NCBI GenBank assembly: GCA_035084275.1
Contig: CM068761.1
Span: 8,556,001-8,620,000 of the forward strand
Direction: 5' to 3'
Source: Hydrolagus colliei
Lineage: Eukaryota
Length of the DNA stretch: 64,000 nucleotides
Position 1 is the first letter of the stretch; the number at the start of each line of letters is the position of its first letter. Below are positions 35,606 through 49,373 of this stretch, piece by piece. A program made the translations under genes and the position numbers. The notes beneath the pieces are model-generated. The model was given only the letters and a program-made list of their open reading frames with translations, was not told the origin of the DNA and searched no databases.

Positions 35606-35829
35606 GATCTAAATTGATAGTCTGTGAATAATTTCGACGGATAAAACAGAATAATAAGAAAATGTAGAAATCTGGAGGAAGGAATGAAATTAGACAAGAG
35701 GAGTTAATCGTGGTGATATTTATATTGAACAGTCTGAAGGACTTAAAATGTCAGATTCACCGTAGCATCGTTTAGAGATCCTGGTGAAGAATGAGCTACA
35801 CCAGGGAAATTGGTTAACACTTCACACCT

Positions 35830-36042
35830 GAGTTCAAGTGGACTGTGGATGGCAGTCCCAGAAGTGAAGGTGTTGAAACGAGTGCGATCAAGCAGGAGGT
35901 GGACAACACGTACAGTGTGAGCAGTTATCTGACTCTGCCAGCCTCCGAGTGGGAGTCACACGAATTGTATTCCTGTCTGGTCAAACACGAGACTCGGGGG
36001 ACTCCGCTGGAAAAAACCATCGCCAGATCCAGTTGTATCTAA
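35830..36042 (+). pseudogene. IGLC: 5'-truncated constant exon, cluster 3
   Basis: Intron acacctGAG is joined to GAG-ttcaagtggactgtg; acceptor and the first C-domain Cys are lost. Confidence 0.92.
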
Positions 36043-36227
36043 CTTAGGAGCATACAGAGCTCGTTGAATGTAACTTTGGCAATCTACATTAATAAGAAGC
36101 ATTGTATTAATACTTGTTTGGAAATTCAAGCAATTTTGTCAGGAACGCCCAAATTAAGAAACAAATTCGTTTAAATACCTTTGGTAAATTTCCAACGGAT
36201 GGAAATAAGCTCTTAGATTTTGAAGTA

Positions 36228-36376
36228 CTACTAATAATAATAATAATTCTTGCATTTGATGTAGCGCTTTCCACATTTGTATCAACGTCCCAAAGCGCTT
36301 GACAGAATATACTGTGAAGTGAATTGACTGTATATATTTGTGAGCGAATCGCGGCAGCCAATTGCGCACAGCAGTG
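36228..36376 (-). mobile_element. SINE 3' half inserted in the cluster 3 3' UTR
   Basis: (taa)n + cttgcatttg...gcagccaattgcgcacagcag; absent at the same position in the other clusters. Confidence 0.75.
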
Positions 36377-37735
36377 TACAATGCGGCAACAAGAATTTGT
36401 CTGTTTGCTGGAATTGAATGGTTGTATTTTACAGTGTGTTCACGTTGCAATAATCAAGCGCTCTATGTAACATTACAGAAATAAGAAATACTGCAGTTTA
36501 ATAAAATGACTCTTTCATTGCCCTCTGTGCTGCGGCTATTTTCTTCCATTTCTTCTCTTGATTTCATTATTATTTTGACTAAAACATGAATTGGATCTAA
36601 GGAGTTAAACATGCACCTAGTATATATATTCGTTTCAAATTTATCGAGCAGAATTTTGCTAAAACCTTAATGCAGTCACTAATTGGGAGCCTTTTCATGT
36701 TGTTGTTAATTAAAAAGCACAACCCTTAAAAGTAAACTCAACATCAATTAAAATTAAAGTGAAATCAAGATATCGCACAATATTCAGTGTTAAGTCATGA
36801 TTGTTGTTACAGGCTGAGCACGTGTGAAATGCTCTCCCCAACAATGCTGTACATCCACCTTGCGTTTGGAAGATAACTAATTGAGGTACTTTTGCCCCCT
36901 GCCTCCCCAGCCCGCCAATCTCTATAGAACTTCATCAAAGTATTACTCAAGTACTTCACTTATCATTATGCTGAGCTTTTGTGTTGCCAAAAGGAGTGAT
37001 AACCTATTGAAAGGTTATTTGACCATCAGGTGCAAATGAAACATCAAAATGTACCCACTCTGAAGAGCTCAATGTAGAGTTACTCCCCTCCCCACCCCGT
37101 GGCCAGTGAGCTTCAAGCCTGGGTTAAAGTAAGATACCAACTTCCGCATTGCAACATTGCACAGACCTTTTAACACACGCAGGTGTCCCTGGAGTTTCTT
37201 TATATCGTTTAACCTGCTGTCCATTCATGTCAATGTTTTCACTTTATTGGAAACCATTGAATTGGTACGTTTTAACCACTAAATAAAATTATTCTTTGTG
37301 GGGCGATATCGAAAGAAGTATTAAAAATATTGTATTATAGAAATGTAACTATAGTAAGAGAAAGGTAGACAACAGCTTTTCTGGAATATACCAATCACAG
37401 CAGGTAATGACGTAATCAAAATGTTTGCACTTATTTTCAATAACGTTCTAAACTCGTATGAAGCATATTTCATATGGAATGAATCCCAAGTTTGGGACAA
37501 TAAAGCAGTCCATATTGATGTTTAAATCGGGAGAATTGATTAGTTAGAATAGTATATTTGATTGAACCAGCAAAAACAATACATGAATGAAACACTCAAC
37601 ACAATGGACATAAAGCAGACCATTTTCTCCATTGACAAGATATATTTTGCTCCTCTCATAATCCAAGAAATTGCGTATGTTAATGTTAATGAATGGTAAT
37701 CAGAACCAACGAGGTACGGCATCCATGTTGATGCA

Positions 37736-37933
37736 ACAACAACAACAACAACAACTTCGATTTATATAGCGCCCTCCAGGCTGGACGGCGTCTCAGAGCG
37801 CTTTACAATGGCAGATCCCGAGACCGAGCCAGGGTCAGGGGCAGAAAGGTGACCAAAAGCACGGTTGAAAAGAAAGGTCTTCAGCTGTCACCTGAAACTG
37901 GGAAGAGAGGAGCAGCAAAGGGAGTGAGGAAGG
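37736..37933 (-). mobile_element. Short L2 3' insertion with TSD GATGCA
   Basis: (caa)n tail; GATGCA at 37730-37735 and 37934-37939. Confidence 0.8.
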
Positions 37934-39073
37934 GATGCATTCTGAATCATACGCTAATTTTTGTGTCAAAGCTGCAAGTTTTGGTTGTATTTGATGGGGA
38001 GGAGGATTCAAAAATGTTATTATCTTAATTTTCCAGCAACAATCATTAGTCTATTTTAGTGTTCACAATAATAATCCTTGCATTTGATATCGCTTTACAC
38101 ATCTTATCAACGTCTCAAAGCACTTCACAGAATATACTGTAAAGTTGAATTGACTGTATATTTTGTGGGTGAAATGCAACAGCGAACTGCGCACAGCAGT
38201 GTCCTACAAACAGTCGTGGATTGAAAGACACATTTTTATTTTCGTGTTAATTTGTGTTTCCTTGAGGCAAGGATTATTGTTTGGTGTGTAGAAAGGAAAC
38301 TTGCCTTGGTTTTGCCCTGATCTGCCTGGATTCGTACACAGGTGTCATGCTCGTAAGTCGAGTGCTCTAACCAGTTCAGGAGCACCTGTTCAGACCCAAG
38401 CTGGGGTCAAAAATGGGGAAGGCGGAGGGAAAGTAGGGATTTAGAGAAGGGACCGTCGAGGAGGAGGGTCTTGAGTGCTGACTTCAAGGAGGCCAGCAAG
38501 GGGGGTGAGGCGGAGGGACCACAAGATGGAATTCCAGAGGTTAGTAGAAAGTCAAGCTTGACTGGCAATGGTGGACTTGGTGGGTTGGGGGACATGCAGC
38601 AGGCTGGATCCTGCTGAGCAGAAGGGGCGGTTGGGTTGGTAGTATACTAGGATGTAGCAGATGTCGGTGGGACGAGGCCATGGGGGGCTTTGAATCTGAG
38701 GACCGGGATCTTGAATTGAAACCTCTTGGTAATGGGGAGCCAACGGATTTGGGCGAGAATGCGGGAGATGGGATCATGGAAATTGGAGCGGTGAAGGACA
38801 GAGTTCTGGATTATCTGCAGGCGACGGAGCGAAAAATTTGGAAGGCTGACAAGCAGCCCTTTACTGTCTCAAAATAGCCCAATAAACAATGCCTGAAACC
38901 AATGGAAAACACATTTTGGTATGACATAAACATTTGTTTCAAGATAACGATACTTAGGAAATCACTTTAATGAAATGGAGGAATATCCATTTAGGTAATT
39001 ATCAGTATTTCCTTTGAAATCGGCATCATGGTACAAGCTTCATCTGATGACAGATGTATGACATCATACGGCC

Positions 39074-40332
39074 TAACCGCCTAACCCCTTTGCCTCCTCG
39101 TCCTCCTTGTCCTGTCTGCTGCGTTCGACACAGTCGATCACACCATCCTCCTCCAACGTCTTTCCTCCCACCTCAACCTTCAAGGCACAGTCCTTGACTG
39201 GTTCCATTCCTACTTGACCCACCGTTTACACTTTGTATCGTTCAATGGTTTTTCCTCAAACCCCCGCATAGTTTTTCACGGCGTCCCTCAGGGCTCTGTC
39301 CTCAGCCCCCTCCTTTTCACCCTTTACACGCTCCCTCTGGTTGATGTCATCCGCAAACATGGGGTAAATTTCCACATGTATGCAGACGACACCCAGTTGT
39401 ACCTTTCTGCTTCATCCCTCAATACCCAGACCATCGCCGTTCTGACAGCATGTCTGTCCGACATCGAGTCCTGGACGAGGGAAAACTTCCTGCAATTGAA
39501 CGTGAGTAAGACCGAGGCCCTCCTGATCGGCTCATGCCAGCGCCTCCGCACATCGAGCACTGCCAGCCTAAACATCCAAGGCTGTACTCTCCACCTCACA
39601 AAGCCAGTCAGGAACCTCAGCATCACGTTCGACCAAAAATTCTACTCCCTCCCCCACATCCGTGCCTTGACCGGCACCGCTTACTTCCACCTGCGCACCA
39701 TTGCCAGGCTTCGCAATTATCTTACCCCCCACGCTGCCGAAACACTCGTGCACGCGTACATCACCTCAAGGCTGGACTACGGAAACTGTCTCCTCGTCGG
39801 CGTCCCCAGTTCCTCCATTGAAGGCTGCAGGTCATCCAAAACTCTGCAGCCCGTGTATTACCCTCGCCCGTCTCTACTGGCTCCCCATCCTCCAGACGAT
39901 CGAGTTCAAGATCCTCGTCCTCACCTTCAAGGCCTTACATGGCCTTGCCCCACCTTATTTAACCAATTTACTCTCCCGCTACAAGCCCACCCAGACCCTC
40001 CGTTCAGCAGGACTTGGCCTGCTCCAAGCTCCCCGCCCGAACCGCCCCACCATCGGAGGCCGGGCCTTCAGTTTCCCTGTTCCGACCCTATGGAATTCCA
40101 TTCCCCCAATCCCTCCGTCTCGTTTCTTCCCTTTCCTCTTTCAAGGTCGGTTTGAAGACTTTCCTCTTCGACAGTGCCTTTTGTTCCACACCGAATTTTT
40201 CGACCTCCCCTACGTGTTGCATCCCTCCCCATACACTCCCCTCCCAGTTCGGGTCACAAGCCTCCTGTGCAGCGCCTTGGACGTCCTCCCGACGTGAAAG
40301 GCGCTTTATAAGTGTAATTTGTTGTTGTTGTT
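39074..40332 (+). mobile_element. 5'-truncated L2 LINE (RT domain and 3' tail)
   Basis: [47 protein letters not shown]; (ttg)n tail. Confidence 0.9.
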
Positions 40333-43300
40333 GTCAATAATAGTAATAGTAATAATACTTGCACTTGATCTAGCCCTTTCCATGTCTTCCAGACGTCTCA
40401 AAATGCTCGACAGAACATATTGTAATGTGAATTGACTCTATATGTGAGCGAAAGGCAACAGCGCATTGTACACAGCATTATCCCACAGACATTCCTAGAT
40501 GGAAATTATCAATATATTATTTTTAGTTGGGAATTGTTAGGTGTGTGTAATAAGAAAATTTGCCTGCCTGGAATGGAGGCCAATTCTCTATCCAGCAAGC
40601 GACCGGACTGGGACTCCATCAATATACTTATAATAATGATGATAATAGGATGCGTCACCAGTTCATACAGATTGATGGACAATCTGTTACAAAACTCTCC
40701 TCCTTGACGGTCCCATGGACAACTTAATCCCTCACTTCCCTCCCCATCCTATCCCCAGATTGGGTCTGACCTGTGACTGTCCAGCACTTTGGGACGTCCT
40801 TCTTACATGAAAGGAGCGATATCAGCGTAATTTCTTTAGTTGTTGTATCAGAAAAATGAAGCAAAAATAGAATGTAAATTTAGCACAACACATGTGGCTT
40901 TACCATGTGCTGACAACATAAGCAATAAGGAAATTGAGAAGATCACGAAACATATCAATCTGGAAATTGAACGAGGAAGACATTTTGCAGTATAAATCAA
41001 ACATAAATCCTACAAATTAATAACCCAATTTGGAGTCCTGTAGCACAGTATTTGGAGCACTCACCTAATCTTTAATTAGGTGACCTGGTTTCACTTCCAC
41101 GCAGAGCAAGTTTGGACAAGTTTCCATACTAATAATTATGCCTAATTATTATCCCTCAAAAGAAGCAATAATAAATTGATAAACTGTTTGTGGGACACTT
41201 CTGTGTGTGTTGGGATGATGCATGTCACCCACTCGTATATAGAGAGTTCACTTTACAGTATGTACCATCAAGCATTTAAGACATCGAGAAGACGTAAGAA
41301 GTGCTATATCAAATGCAAGGATTGGCATTATTATTTAGGATTAGATTTAATATTTATCTTCCATAAATATTTGTAATGCAATAGGAAAATATTGTGTTGT
41401 GTTATTTTGGCTTTATGCATCTCATGTGCAATCATCTGGAAATATTTGCATTGACAGCAATATTTTTGGAGAAACAAAAGAATCCATGTTGGTGTTCTTC
41501 GTGAATGTTTGAGGGTAAATTGCACCAGTGCCTGTTGAACAGAGGTTCTCACATTTCAATATGAATGTAACAGTGTGACAATTTCTGCAATCTTTAAATA
41601 TTTTGTTAATATGTACATTTTGTCACACCTTGTATTTCTACTCAAGTATTCGTAGCGTCTGATAGTTGAGATATGGGCAGATTCAGGGAAGGAATACTCA
41701 ATGGGCACAGGCACGGAGGCAACAATTTTGAATGAGTGTCAGTTTGAATTTCATAGCTTATATGAAATCGACTCAGGTTGTTGCTGCTTGTAGTGTCTGT
41801 TTTTGTAGCCATACACAGTGATTGTTTGCAGCAGCAATATCACTCAACAAATCGATTTAAAAAAATGGTAATTCATCTTAAGTATACTTGTTCAGGGTTT
41901 CAAGACAAACTTTCTTTACTTTCCAATTAATTTCGCATAAATGCTGATATCTACCTGAGGAAACAGCAATGTCAATTAGCATCCTATTGCAAAAACGTAA
42001 ACTCATAAATGATGGGTTTGCCGTAGATATGCTGATAAAAATCATGACGCGTGTTCAATTTCAATTGAGGTTGCATCATCATTATCCTAGTTGGTGCCAC
42101 CAGAGGAGCTATGAATGTTAATATATTTGTACGCTATCATTCTGCCTGGCTTCCATTGTACATCACAACCAAGGCAGCAAAAGTCCTTGTCTTTGAGAAT
42201 TGATGTTAGTGATGGTGAGATGGCTCAAGGGCGATGTACTTCAAACTATCACATTTAGGTTAATTTTATGGCATGTGCTCCAGCATAGTACAAGGCAATA
42301 ATAAGGACAGAGAACTGCAAGAACACATTGAATTTATGCAGCAAGTTCCATATTAGGAGTATCTACGAAAACTTTAGATAAATATTCGTGCTATGATTGG
42401 AATTAAATCAGGGTGGGGTGGAATTCTGAACGAGTCACGGTAAAAGAGAAAGGATTTGAGATAAGTCCTAAAGGAGGGAGGGAAGGACAAGACAAAGTAT
42501 TTCCTGACAATGTTCCCAAGGTGTGTGGCCAAAAATGCTGAAGGCCTTTCACGATGAATGCAAGAATGGTGGTCTTGGCAGCATGAGTGGAGAGGCAGTA
42601 GCAGTGTTATTCAATGTAGTGGTTGTGCGGAAATGCAGAACTGTGGGTGGCATCCATATTGGGATAAGGAAAGATCAGCGTCCACGACTATACCGAATCT
42701 AAGTACAAGGTCTGGGTGGTGAAAAATGCATCAGTTAATAGTGCCATTGTCAGATGTTTGGGAGAAGAATTGCATACAGGCGCCAAATACGGCGGCCTTC
42801 ACGTTGTCAACTTTCAACATTCAAGGCTTGATCACTGGAAACTGAAGGAAAGCATTGGGAAATATAAAGGAAGAACTTGAACACATGTTTATTTGTAAAA
42901 GAATTGCCTGGAACATAAGTGTCTAAATCGGATAGGCTGAATGGGAAACTTCTTACCCTTGAGTCACACATTTCAAAGGACTGAAAAAAAATGCAAGTTT
43001 GATCAATCCCCCAAATAATGCTAACTATAATGATGATAACCCGATACCTGGGTAAAATAATCTGCTGCATTACAATCATGGGGATGTCCTGCATCGTTGC
43101 CAATCTTTCGATGGGACTTGAAACAATATAAAATTTTCCTGTTGATGTGGATATGAAGGAGAAATTAAGAAGAAATCACTTGGTATCTTGTCCAGTAATG
43201 ACCCGAGTAAAATTAGCATTGACTTCAAGGCTGTTCGTAAGCCATTACTTTGCACAAATTGGCTTTCACGTTTGCCTGAACAATATATCCTGTGACGTAT

Positions 43301-43418
43301 CACAAGAAATGAAAAGTCATCATCAAATGAACGAACTTTCTCAAAGGTAATATCATTTATTTCATTTTTAGCACTCTGCATGTGTGAGTGTTTATTACAG
43401 GCTGCTCTGGGTTTCTAT

Positions 43419-44067
43419 TGTTAGGATTTCTGATCCCGAGCGTTCAAAATAATAACCCATCAATCCTTGATAAAGGTATAGTGATTTAATGATTATAACC
43501 AATTTTAGAATGATGGAATAAAAGAATCATACTACCAGTTCTGTGTAGAATACAGTGCTGGATTCGGGCTATTACACCATAGGTCAGGTTCAGGCTTCTC
43601 ACAATACTCACTCCTTCTAACTTTTCTTCTCTAACTGACCCTTCTCTGCCAGTAAAACAAAATAACTGGAACCATGACAAGATCCAGTAGTTCTGGACAA
43701 CAATGGCAGGCTGGAGTTCCCGGTTTATCCTGAGACACTCCCCAACTGTTGTAATGAGCCACTCTTTCTCTACTACCTATATACTTCTCCACCATAACTA
43801 TCTCAGCCAGTTGATCACTTGGACATTCAGAAGCAATGCCAAAACCAGACTATCTGATGGCCAAAGGTGCAGGGAGTTGTTTGCCTCCCTTCATTCCCAG
43901 ACGTTGAGATGACTCTCTGTACCTGGTGTTTTGTGCAGACAAGTTGTTCCTCTCCCTTTTGCTCATGGTTGCTGACCATGCCTGTGTTGTGGATAGATTG
44001 GTTTAATTGGTGCCAGATTAGAACCAACTGTAATAATTTTTTAATACAGTACCTCCAATTCCCAAAA
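43419..44067. mobile_element. Probable solo LTR (649 bp) with 4-bp TSD CTAT
   Basis: Unique insert absent from the paralogous site (~55027); CTAT on both sides; starts tgttagga, ends tcccaaaa (2 mismatches from the inverted terminus). Confidence 0.65.
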
Positions 44068-44428
44068 CTATGCATGTGCAAATCATTTGACCTTGACCTG
44101 TCACAAACGCACATTGGATGGTCGCATATGCAGTATTCAATACAGGCGAGTTTTAAAATCTGAGGCCCTGAGTAGATCACCTTCGGAAATGCAATGATAT
44201 GTATGTCCTGCACTGTTGGAGGTGCTATTCTTTGGATTATACCTTAAACCAACTCCCATTGTCCTGTTAATATGGATGATAAGGATCCTATGCCACAATG
44301 CAATGGAGAAGAAAGTGTTTGGAGTCTTGGCCAGCTATTCCCTAACCTAAAATTACAATTGATTCGAAGGCTGTTTGTGAAACATCACCATACACAAACT
44401 GGCTGCTACACTTTTCCAAACAGCATGT

Positions 44429-45113
44429 GACAACAACAACAACAACTTCGATTTATATAGCGCCCTCCACGCCAGAAGGCGTCTCAGAGCGCTTCACAGT
44501 TACGGGTCCCGGGACCGAGCCAGGAGCAGGGGCAGGAAGGTGACCAAAATCTCGGTCGAAGAGAAAGGTCTTCAACTGTGACCTGAAACTAGGAAGAGAG
44601 GAGTCGAGGTGAAGCGAGTGAGGAAGGGAGTTCCAGAGCCTCGGGGCGAAGTGGCTCAAGGCACGGCCGCCGAGGGTGGAGCGGAGGACTCGGGGGACAT
44701 GGAGGAGGCCAGACCCGGAGGAACGAAGGCAGCGGGTGCTGGGTTGTCGGGAGAGGAGATCAGACAGATAGGGGGTTGCAGAGGAGTGGAGGGATTTGAA
44801 AACAAGGGTGAGGATCTTGAAGTCGATCCTCTCTGGGACAGGGAGCCAGTGAAGTCTAGCAAGGATTGGGGTCATTGGGGAGCGAGGCTTAGAGCGGGTG
44901 AGTATGCGGGCGGCAGAATTCTGGATAAGATGGATTTTGTGGATTGTGGTGGAGGGGAGACAAGCGAGGAGGGCGTTGCAGTAGTCCAGCCAAGAGGTGA
45001 CAAAGGCGTGGACGAAGGTTTCGGCGGCTTTTAAGGTGAGGTATTGCCGGTGACGGGCGATCCGTCGGAGGTGGTAGAAGGCAGTGCTGGTGACGGACCG
45101 GATGTGGGGGAGG
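44429..45113 (-). mobile_element. L2 3' insertion with TSD ATGT
   Basis: MTPILARLHWLPVPERIDFKIL...; (caa)n tail; ATGT at 44425-44428 and 45114-45117. Confidence 0.88.
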
Positions 45114-45267
45114 ATGTACAGTATATTCTGCGAAGCTTCTTAATATGAAAGATGCTTTCTCACCTAAAGTATAATCGATTTACTTAATTTGCAACAGTCA
45201 ATGTATTATGGAAGTATTCAGTTTAAAAATGAATGCAGCGCTGGGTTTTCTACGCATGTGCAAGTTA

Positions 45268-45500
45268 TTTTGGAAATTTTATGTGCAGAAATTTACCTCA
45301 GTGTATATGGATATGTTATCAGGAGTGAGCCTGCAATTGAGGAGAGAACCCCCCCCCCCCCTCACCTGTCTCCCCCCCCTCTGGGGGGGACAGGTGAGGG
45401 GGGGGGGGGGGGGGGGGGGTTCTCTCCTCAATTGCAGGCTCACTCCTGATAACATATCCATATACACTGAGGTAAATTTCTGCACATAAAATTTCCAAAA
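45268..45500. repeat. 233-bp near-perfect palindrome with poly-C/poly-G near the centre
   Basis: ttttggaaattttatgtgcag...gagagaacC(n)...G(n)ttctctc...ctgcacataaaatttccaaaa; mirrored ORFs on both strands. Confidence 0.95.
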
Positions 45501-46800
45501 GTATTTTCTTCACCTCCACCACATTGCCTACCTCTGTCTCTATCTCATACCAAATGCCTCAGAAATCCTCATTCATGCCTTGTCATCTCCCATCTAGAAT
45601 TTTCAAATGCATTTCCTCTCAGTCTCCTTAACCACCTAATTTCCAATTTACCCAAACATCACCCACATCCTCACCTGCATGAAACTTGGCACATCCATCT
45701 ACAGTCAAGGCATGGCCACGGGATTTGCCATTCCTGGGGTTGCGGTGGCGATGCCTTGACTGTAGAGGCCAAACACTGTATGTGATAACCCCCTGTCTCT
45801 AAATTGTTGCTAATCCCCAGGCTGGCTGATCAAGAGAGAGGTCACCTTATTCATTATTTATAACTTTGCCTGAAAGAAATGTTCGTTTATCATCGGGGAA
45901 TGTGAATCGCGCTATTATCCTGCTGTTAAACATATCACATCTGCAGTGAGGCATGGTGCAGTAAAGGGAACCCTAACGTGAGGGCAGGGCTGGTACCTGC
46001 CGCAAGGTGAATTGGAGAATTTATTTCAGAAATCGAGAAATCGTACAAATAATTGGAGGAACCCTGACACTAGCTGTAAAATGTGACTTGCACGGCAAGG
46101 TCTGTATCAGTTCAGGTGTGGCTTGTCAGTGTGTAAACTGTAACTGAATGAAAAAATGAAACTTTCCCAACTACAAATTATCTTTCATCGGAACAAGCTT
46201 CACCAAAGTATGATCCTCTTTGAACCTAGGCAAGCGAATCTTGCAGGATTCACACTGTGGAAAACCGTGAACTATATGAATATTTATAAGGATAAGACTT
46301 GTCCAATATACTGTAAATAATTTAAGTTTGTGCAATTTAAACAAAGTACTCTTTTTTATACCACAAATGAAAACTAACATGATTTTCTGATATACTTTAC
46401 CTCAGTGTTTAGAGCTCCAAGCGGGAAACATGGATTCGATTCCAGGCAGGGTGAAACTTTGGGCAAGTTTCCTTACTCCACACGCCTGATAATAATCGCG
46501 AAAAAAAAATTGGTGATTTCACTTCATGACTGTTTGCTGCACACTGCTTTGCGCAATTGGCTGCAGTGTTTTGTCCACATATATACACAGTCAATTAACT
46601 TTACATTATATACCGTGAAGCGCTGTGAGACGCCGAGGAGGCGTGAAAAACGCCATGATAAATGAATTATTATTATTATTATTATTATTTATTATTATCA
46701 TTATTTAATCAAACTCTCAAGGGTGAAACATTATGCAGTATGATCATGAAATACCTTTTGAAATCCGGGCGGTAAATTGGTTCAAATCTGTATGATGTTC

Positions 46801-46910
46801 CATCTGCTGTTCAGAACAAGGATTCCTATTGGACGATGGGAGCCGGAGGATAATTTGCATAATTTATGATTTCAACTGGACTTGCATCACCTGATGGTTC
46901 TTAAGGAGAA
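46801..46910 (+). promoter_or_regulatory. Ig V promoter, cluster 4 (octamer 46853-46860)
   Basis: CATCTG, ATTGG, ATTTGCAT, CACCTG in conserved order. Confidence 0.85.
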
Positions 46911-46984
46911 GTTTACAATCGAGCAGTAAAGTGGCTTTTGTCTGTGAATCACTAATTTCTCTGATGTTCATCAAACTGTTCACA

Positions 46985-47033
46985 ATGGGCGATTGGCTCC
47001 GAGTTCTGGCCGCTTTGCTCCTGTGTCTGCATG
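46985..47033 (+). CDS. IGLV: Ig leader exon, cluster 4
   Basis: MGDWLRVLAALLLCLH-G, donor gtaag. Confidence 0.93.
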
Positions 47034-47140
47034 GTAAGCGCTGCGGAATCGGCACTGATCTCAATTATCTTCACTTTGTACAGTTAGTTCAGTGTGACCT
47101 ATCTACAGTGTGACTTATCTGTGACTTGTTATTTCTCCAG

Positions 47141-47488
47141 GAACAACCGCAGCTGTTACCCTGACTCAGCCACCGTCCATCTCAACCTCCTCGGGAAACA
47201 CCGTCAAGATCACCTGTACCATTTCCGGAGGCAGCATCGGCAGCTACACGAGCTGGTACCAGCAGAAGCCTGGCAGCGCCCCTGTGCTTGTTTGGTATCA
47301 CTATGGTAGTAGCTCCGCCAGAGGTCAGGGGATTCCTAATCGATTCACTGGTTCTGTGGACTCATCGAGCAACGCCATGCATTTAACCATCAGCGGTGTG
47401 CAGCCGGAGGACGCCGTCGATTACTACTGTGGTGGCTGGTATAGCAGCAGCTTCATCTTTGGTAAAGGGACCAAGCTGAGCTTGAAAA
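47141..47488 (+). CDS. IGLV: Germline-joined VJ exon, cluster 4 (likely functional)
   Basis: Open 348-nt exon with both Cys, Trp and FGKGT; CDR3 CGGWYSSSFIF. Confidence 0.93.
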
Positions 47489-49050
47489 GTAAGTGATCTT
47501 GTTTCAACATTGGACGGTTATTGTGATCTAATTCTCCTGCAGTTTTCACAATAATAATAACAGCAATATTGCTCTTGTATAGCGATTTTCAAGTCGGGAG
47601 GACGTCCAAATATATTTGTATGTTTGGCTGTAGTCGATATCATTTCACACGCTTTCTGTGATATTGTCACCTGCTTAAAATCTTCGCAAGATAAATCATT
47701 TACGTGGAAATCGGACATTTTAAAGAAACAAACACGCAAAACCTGATCTTAATCGAAAATCTGTGAAGAATTTCGATGGATAGTACAGCAAACTAACAAA
47801 ATGTAACAGGGTGGAGGAAGGAATGACATTATCCAAGAGGAGTTAATCATAGTGATATTTATAGTGAACAGTCTGAAGGACTGAAGATGTCAGATCCACT
47901 GTAGCACCGCTTAGAGATCCTGGTAAAGAATGAGCTACACCAGGGAAATGAGTTAACACTTCACACCTGAAATTGAAGTTAAATCTCTTTGTGCCAGATT
48001 ATTTAATTTCTATGTTTGCCTGCTAACCTCTGTCCCCAATTTGTCAGCACGAAGAGATGTTTAAAAGAATCTCCATCATAAGGAGATGCAGAATTTGCTG
48101 CAGTTTATCAGATGGGAATCATCGCTCATTAAAGACAGAGGCTGAGCGCCGGCTCAAACTGGTCAAAATACATTTTCTCACTTGAAACTTCACTTTATTA
48201 TTTCCCTCAGGCATCAGATTAAAGAGATTCCGATTTGAGTGTTGTGTACTGTGATTTTGTATTGTGCGCTATTAATTATTAACTGAAATCAGCAAATACG
48301 GTGCCAAATAATTGTGAAATCGGAAGCTCCTCTCTGCAACAAATCAAAGATTGGATTCTGATTGTGCTCATGAACTGTTTTTCAGTGCAGAGTGTTTGGT
48401 CAAAAGGAAAACATTTATTTTCTTCCTATATTCAGCTTCTTACTCTCTATACAAACTCTATACAATTAATAATGATGTTTCACTGAGCTTTCAATCAGCA
48501 GCTCCCGCCACATACTCTCTGTGACGCGATATTTAGTGTCTCGTGTTATTTCTTATGATAGTTGGTATTCATTAGTTCAACACAGGACAATTTGAACGCG
48601 TGTTCCCCACTGCCAAAAACCCTATCATAAATTGATAATTTCAATCCACGACTGTTTGTGAGACACTGCTGTGCGCAATTGGCTGCCTACAGTATATTTT
48701 GAGAAATTTGAGACGTCAAGAGCACTATATCAAATTCAAGGATTATTATCCTTATTATTATTGAGCTCTCAGCAGCAAACTATTGATAGTATAATAATGA
48801 ATGGTGTGTGATGCTGTTTGATGACCCCAACACTCATTGTTCCCTTTACATTGTTACACTTTGTCATACTTAAAAAGTACGTTCTAAAGCTCTATACAAG
48901 AAAATGTTTTACCGTTTACAGGAATGTGAAATACTGTATAGGATTATTCACTGGTGATCCTGAAGTTTTGCCCAGCTATTCAACAGGTCGATTGTAACTT
49001 AAAATGTTAAAACATGAATTTAAATTTTTGTATCCATATTTTTCTTCCAG

Positions 49051-49373
49051 ACCCACGGGCCCCCTCGGTGACTGTCCTGCCGCCGTCACCAGATCAAATC
49101 ACAGCAAAGAGCAAGGCGACCCTGGTGTGTCTGGTGAATGATTTTACCCCGGGAGCTGTGGAGGTCAAGTGGACTGTGGATGGCAGTGCCAGAAGTGAAG
49201 GTGTCGAAACGAGTGCGATCAAGGAGGAGGTGGACAACACGTACAGTGTGAGCAGTTATCTGACTCTGCCAGCCTCCGAGTGGGAGTCACACGAGCTGTA
49301 TTCCTGTCTGGTCAAACACGAGACTCGGGGGACTCCGCTCGAAGGAACCATCGCCAGATCTAGTTGTATCTAA
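49051..49373 (+). CDS. IGLC: Constant exon, cluster 4
   Basis: Acceptor tcttccag; NPRAPSVTVLPPS...RSSCI*; AATAAA at 49682. Confidence 0.94.

Noticed and set aside
47423-47432. Cryptic heptamer TACTGTG at the V 3' end (also clusters 1 and 3) suggesting V replacement
   Set aside because: Forced by Tyr-Cys-Gly codons; no nonamer visible; altered in clusters 2 and 5.
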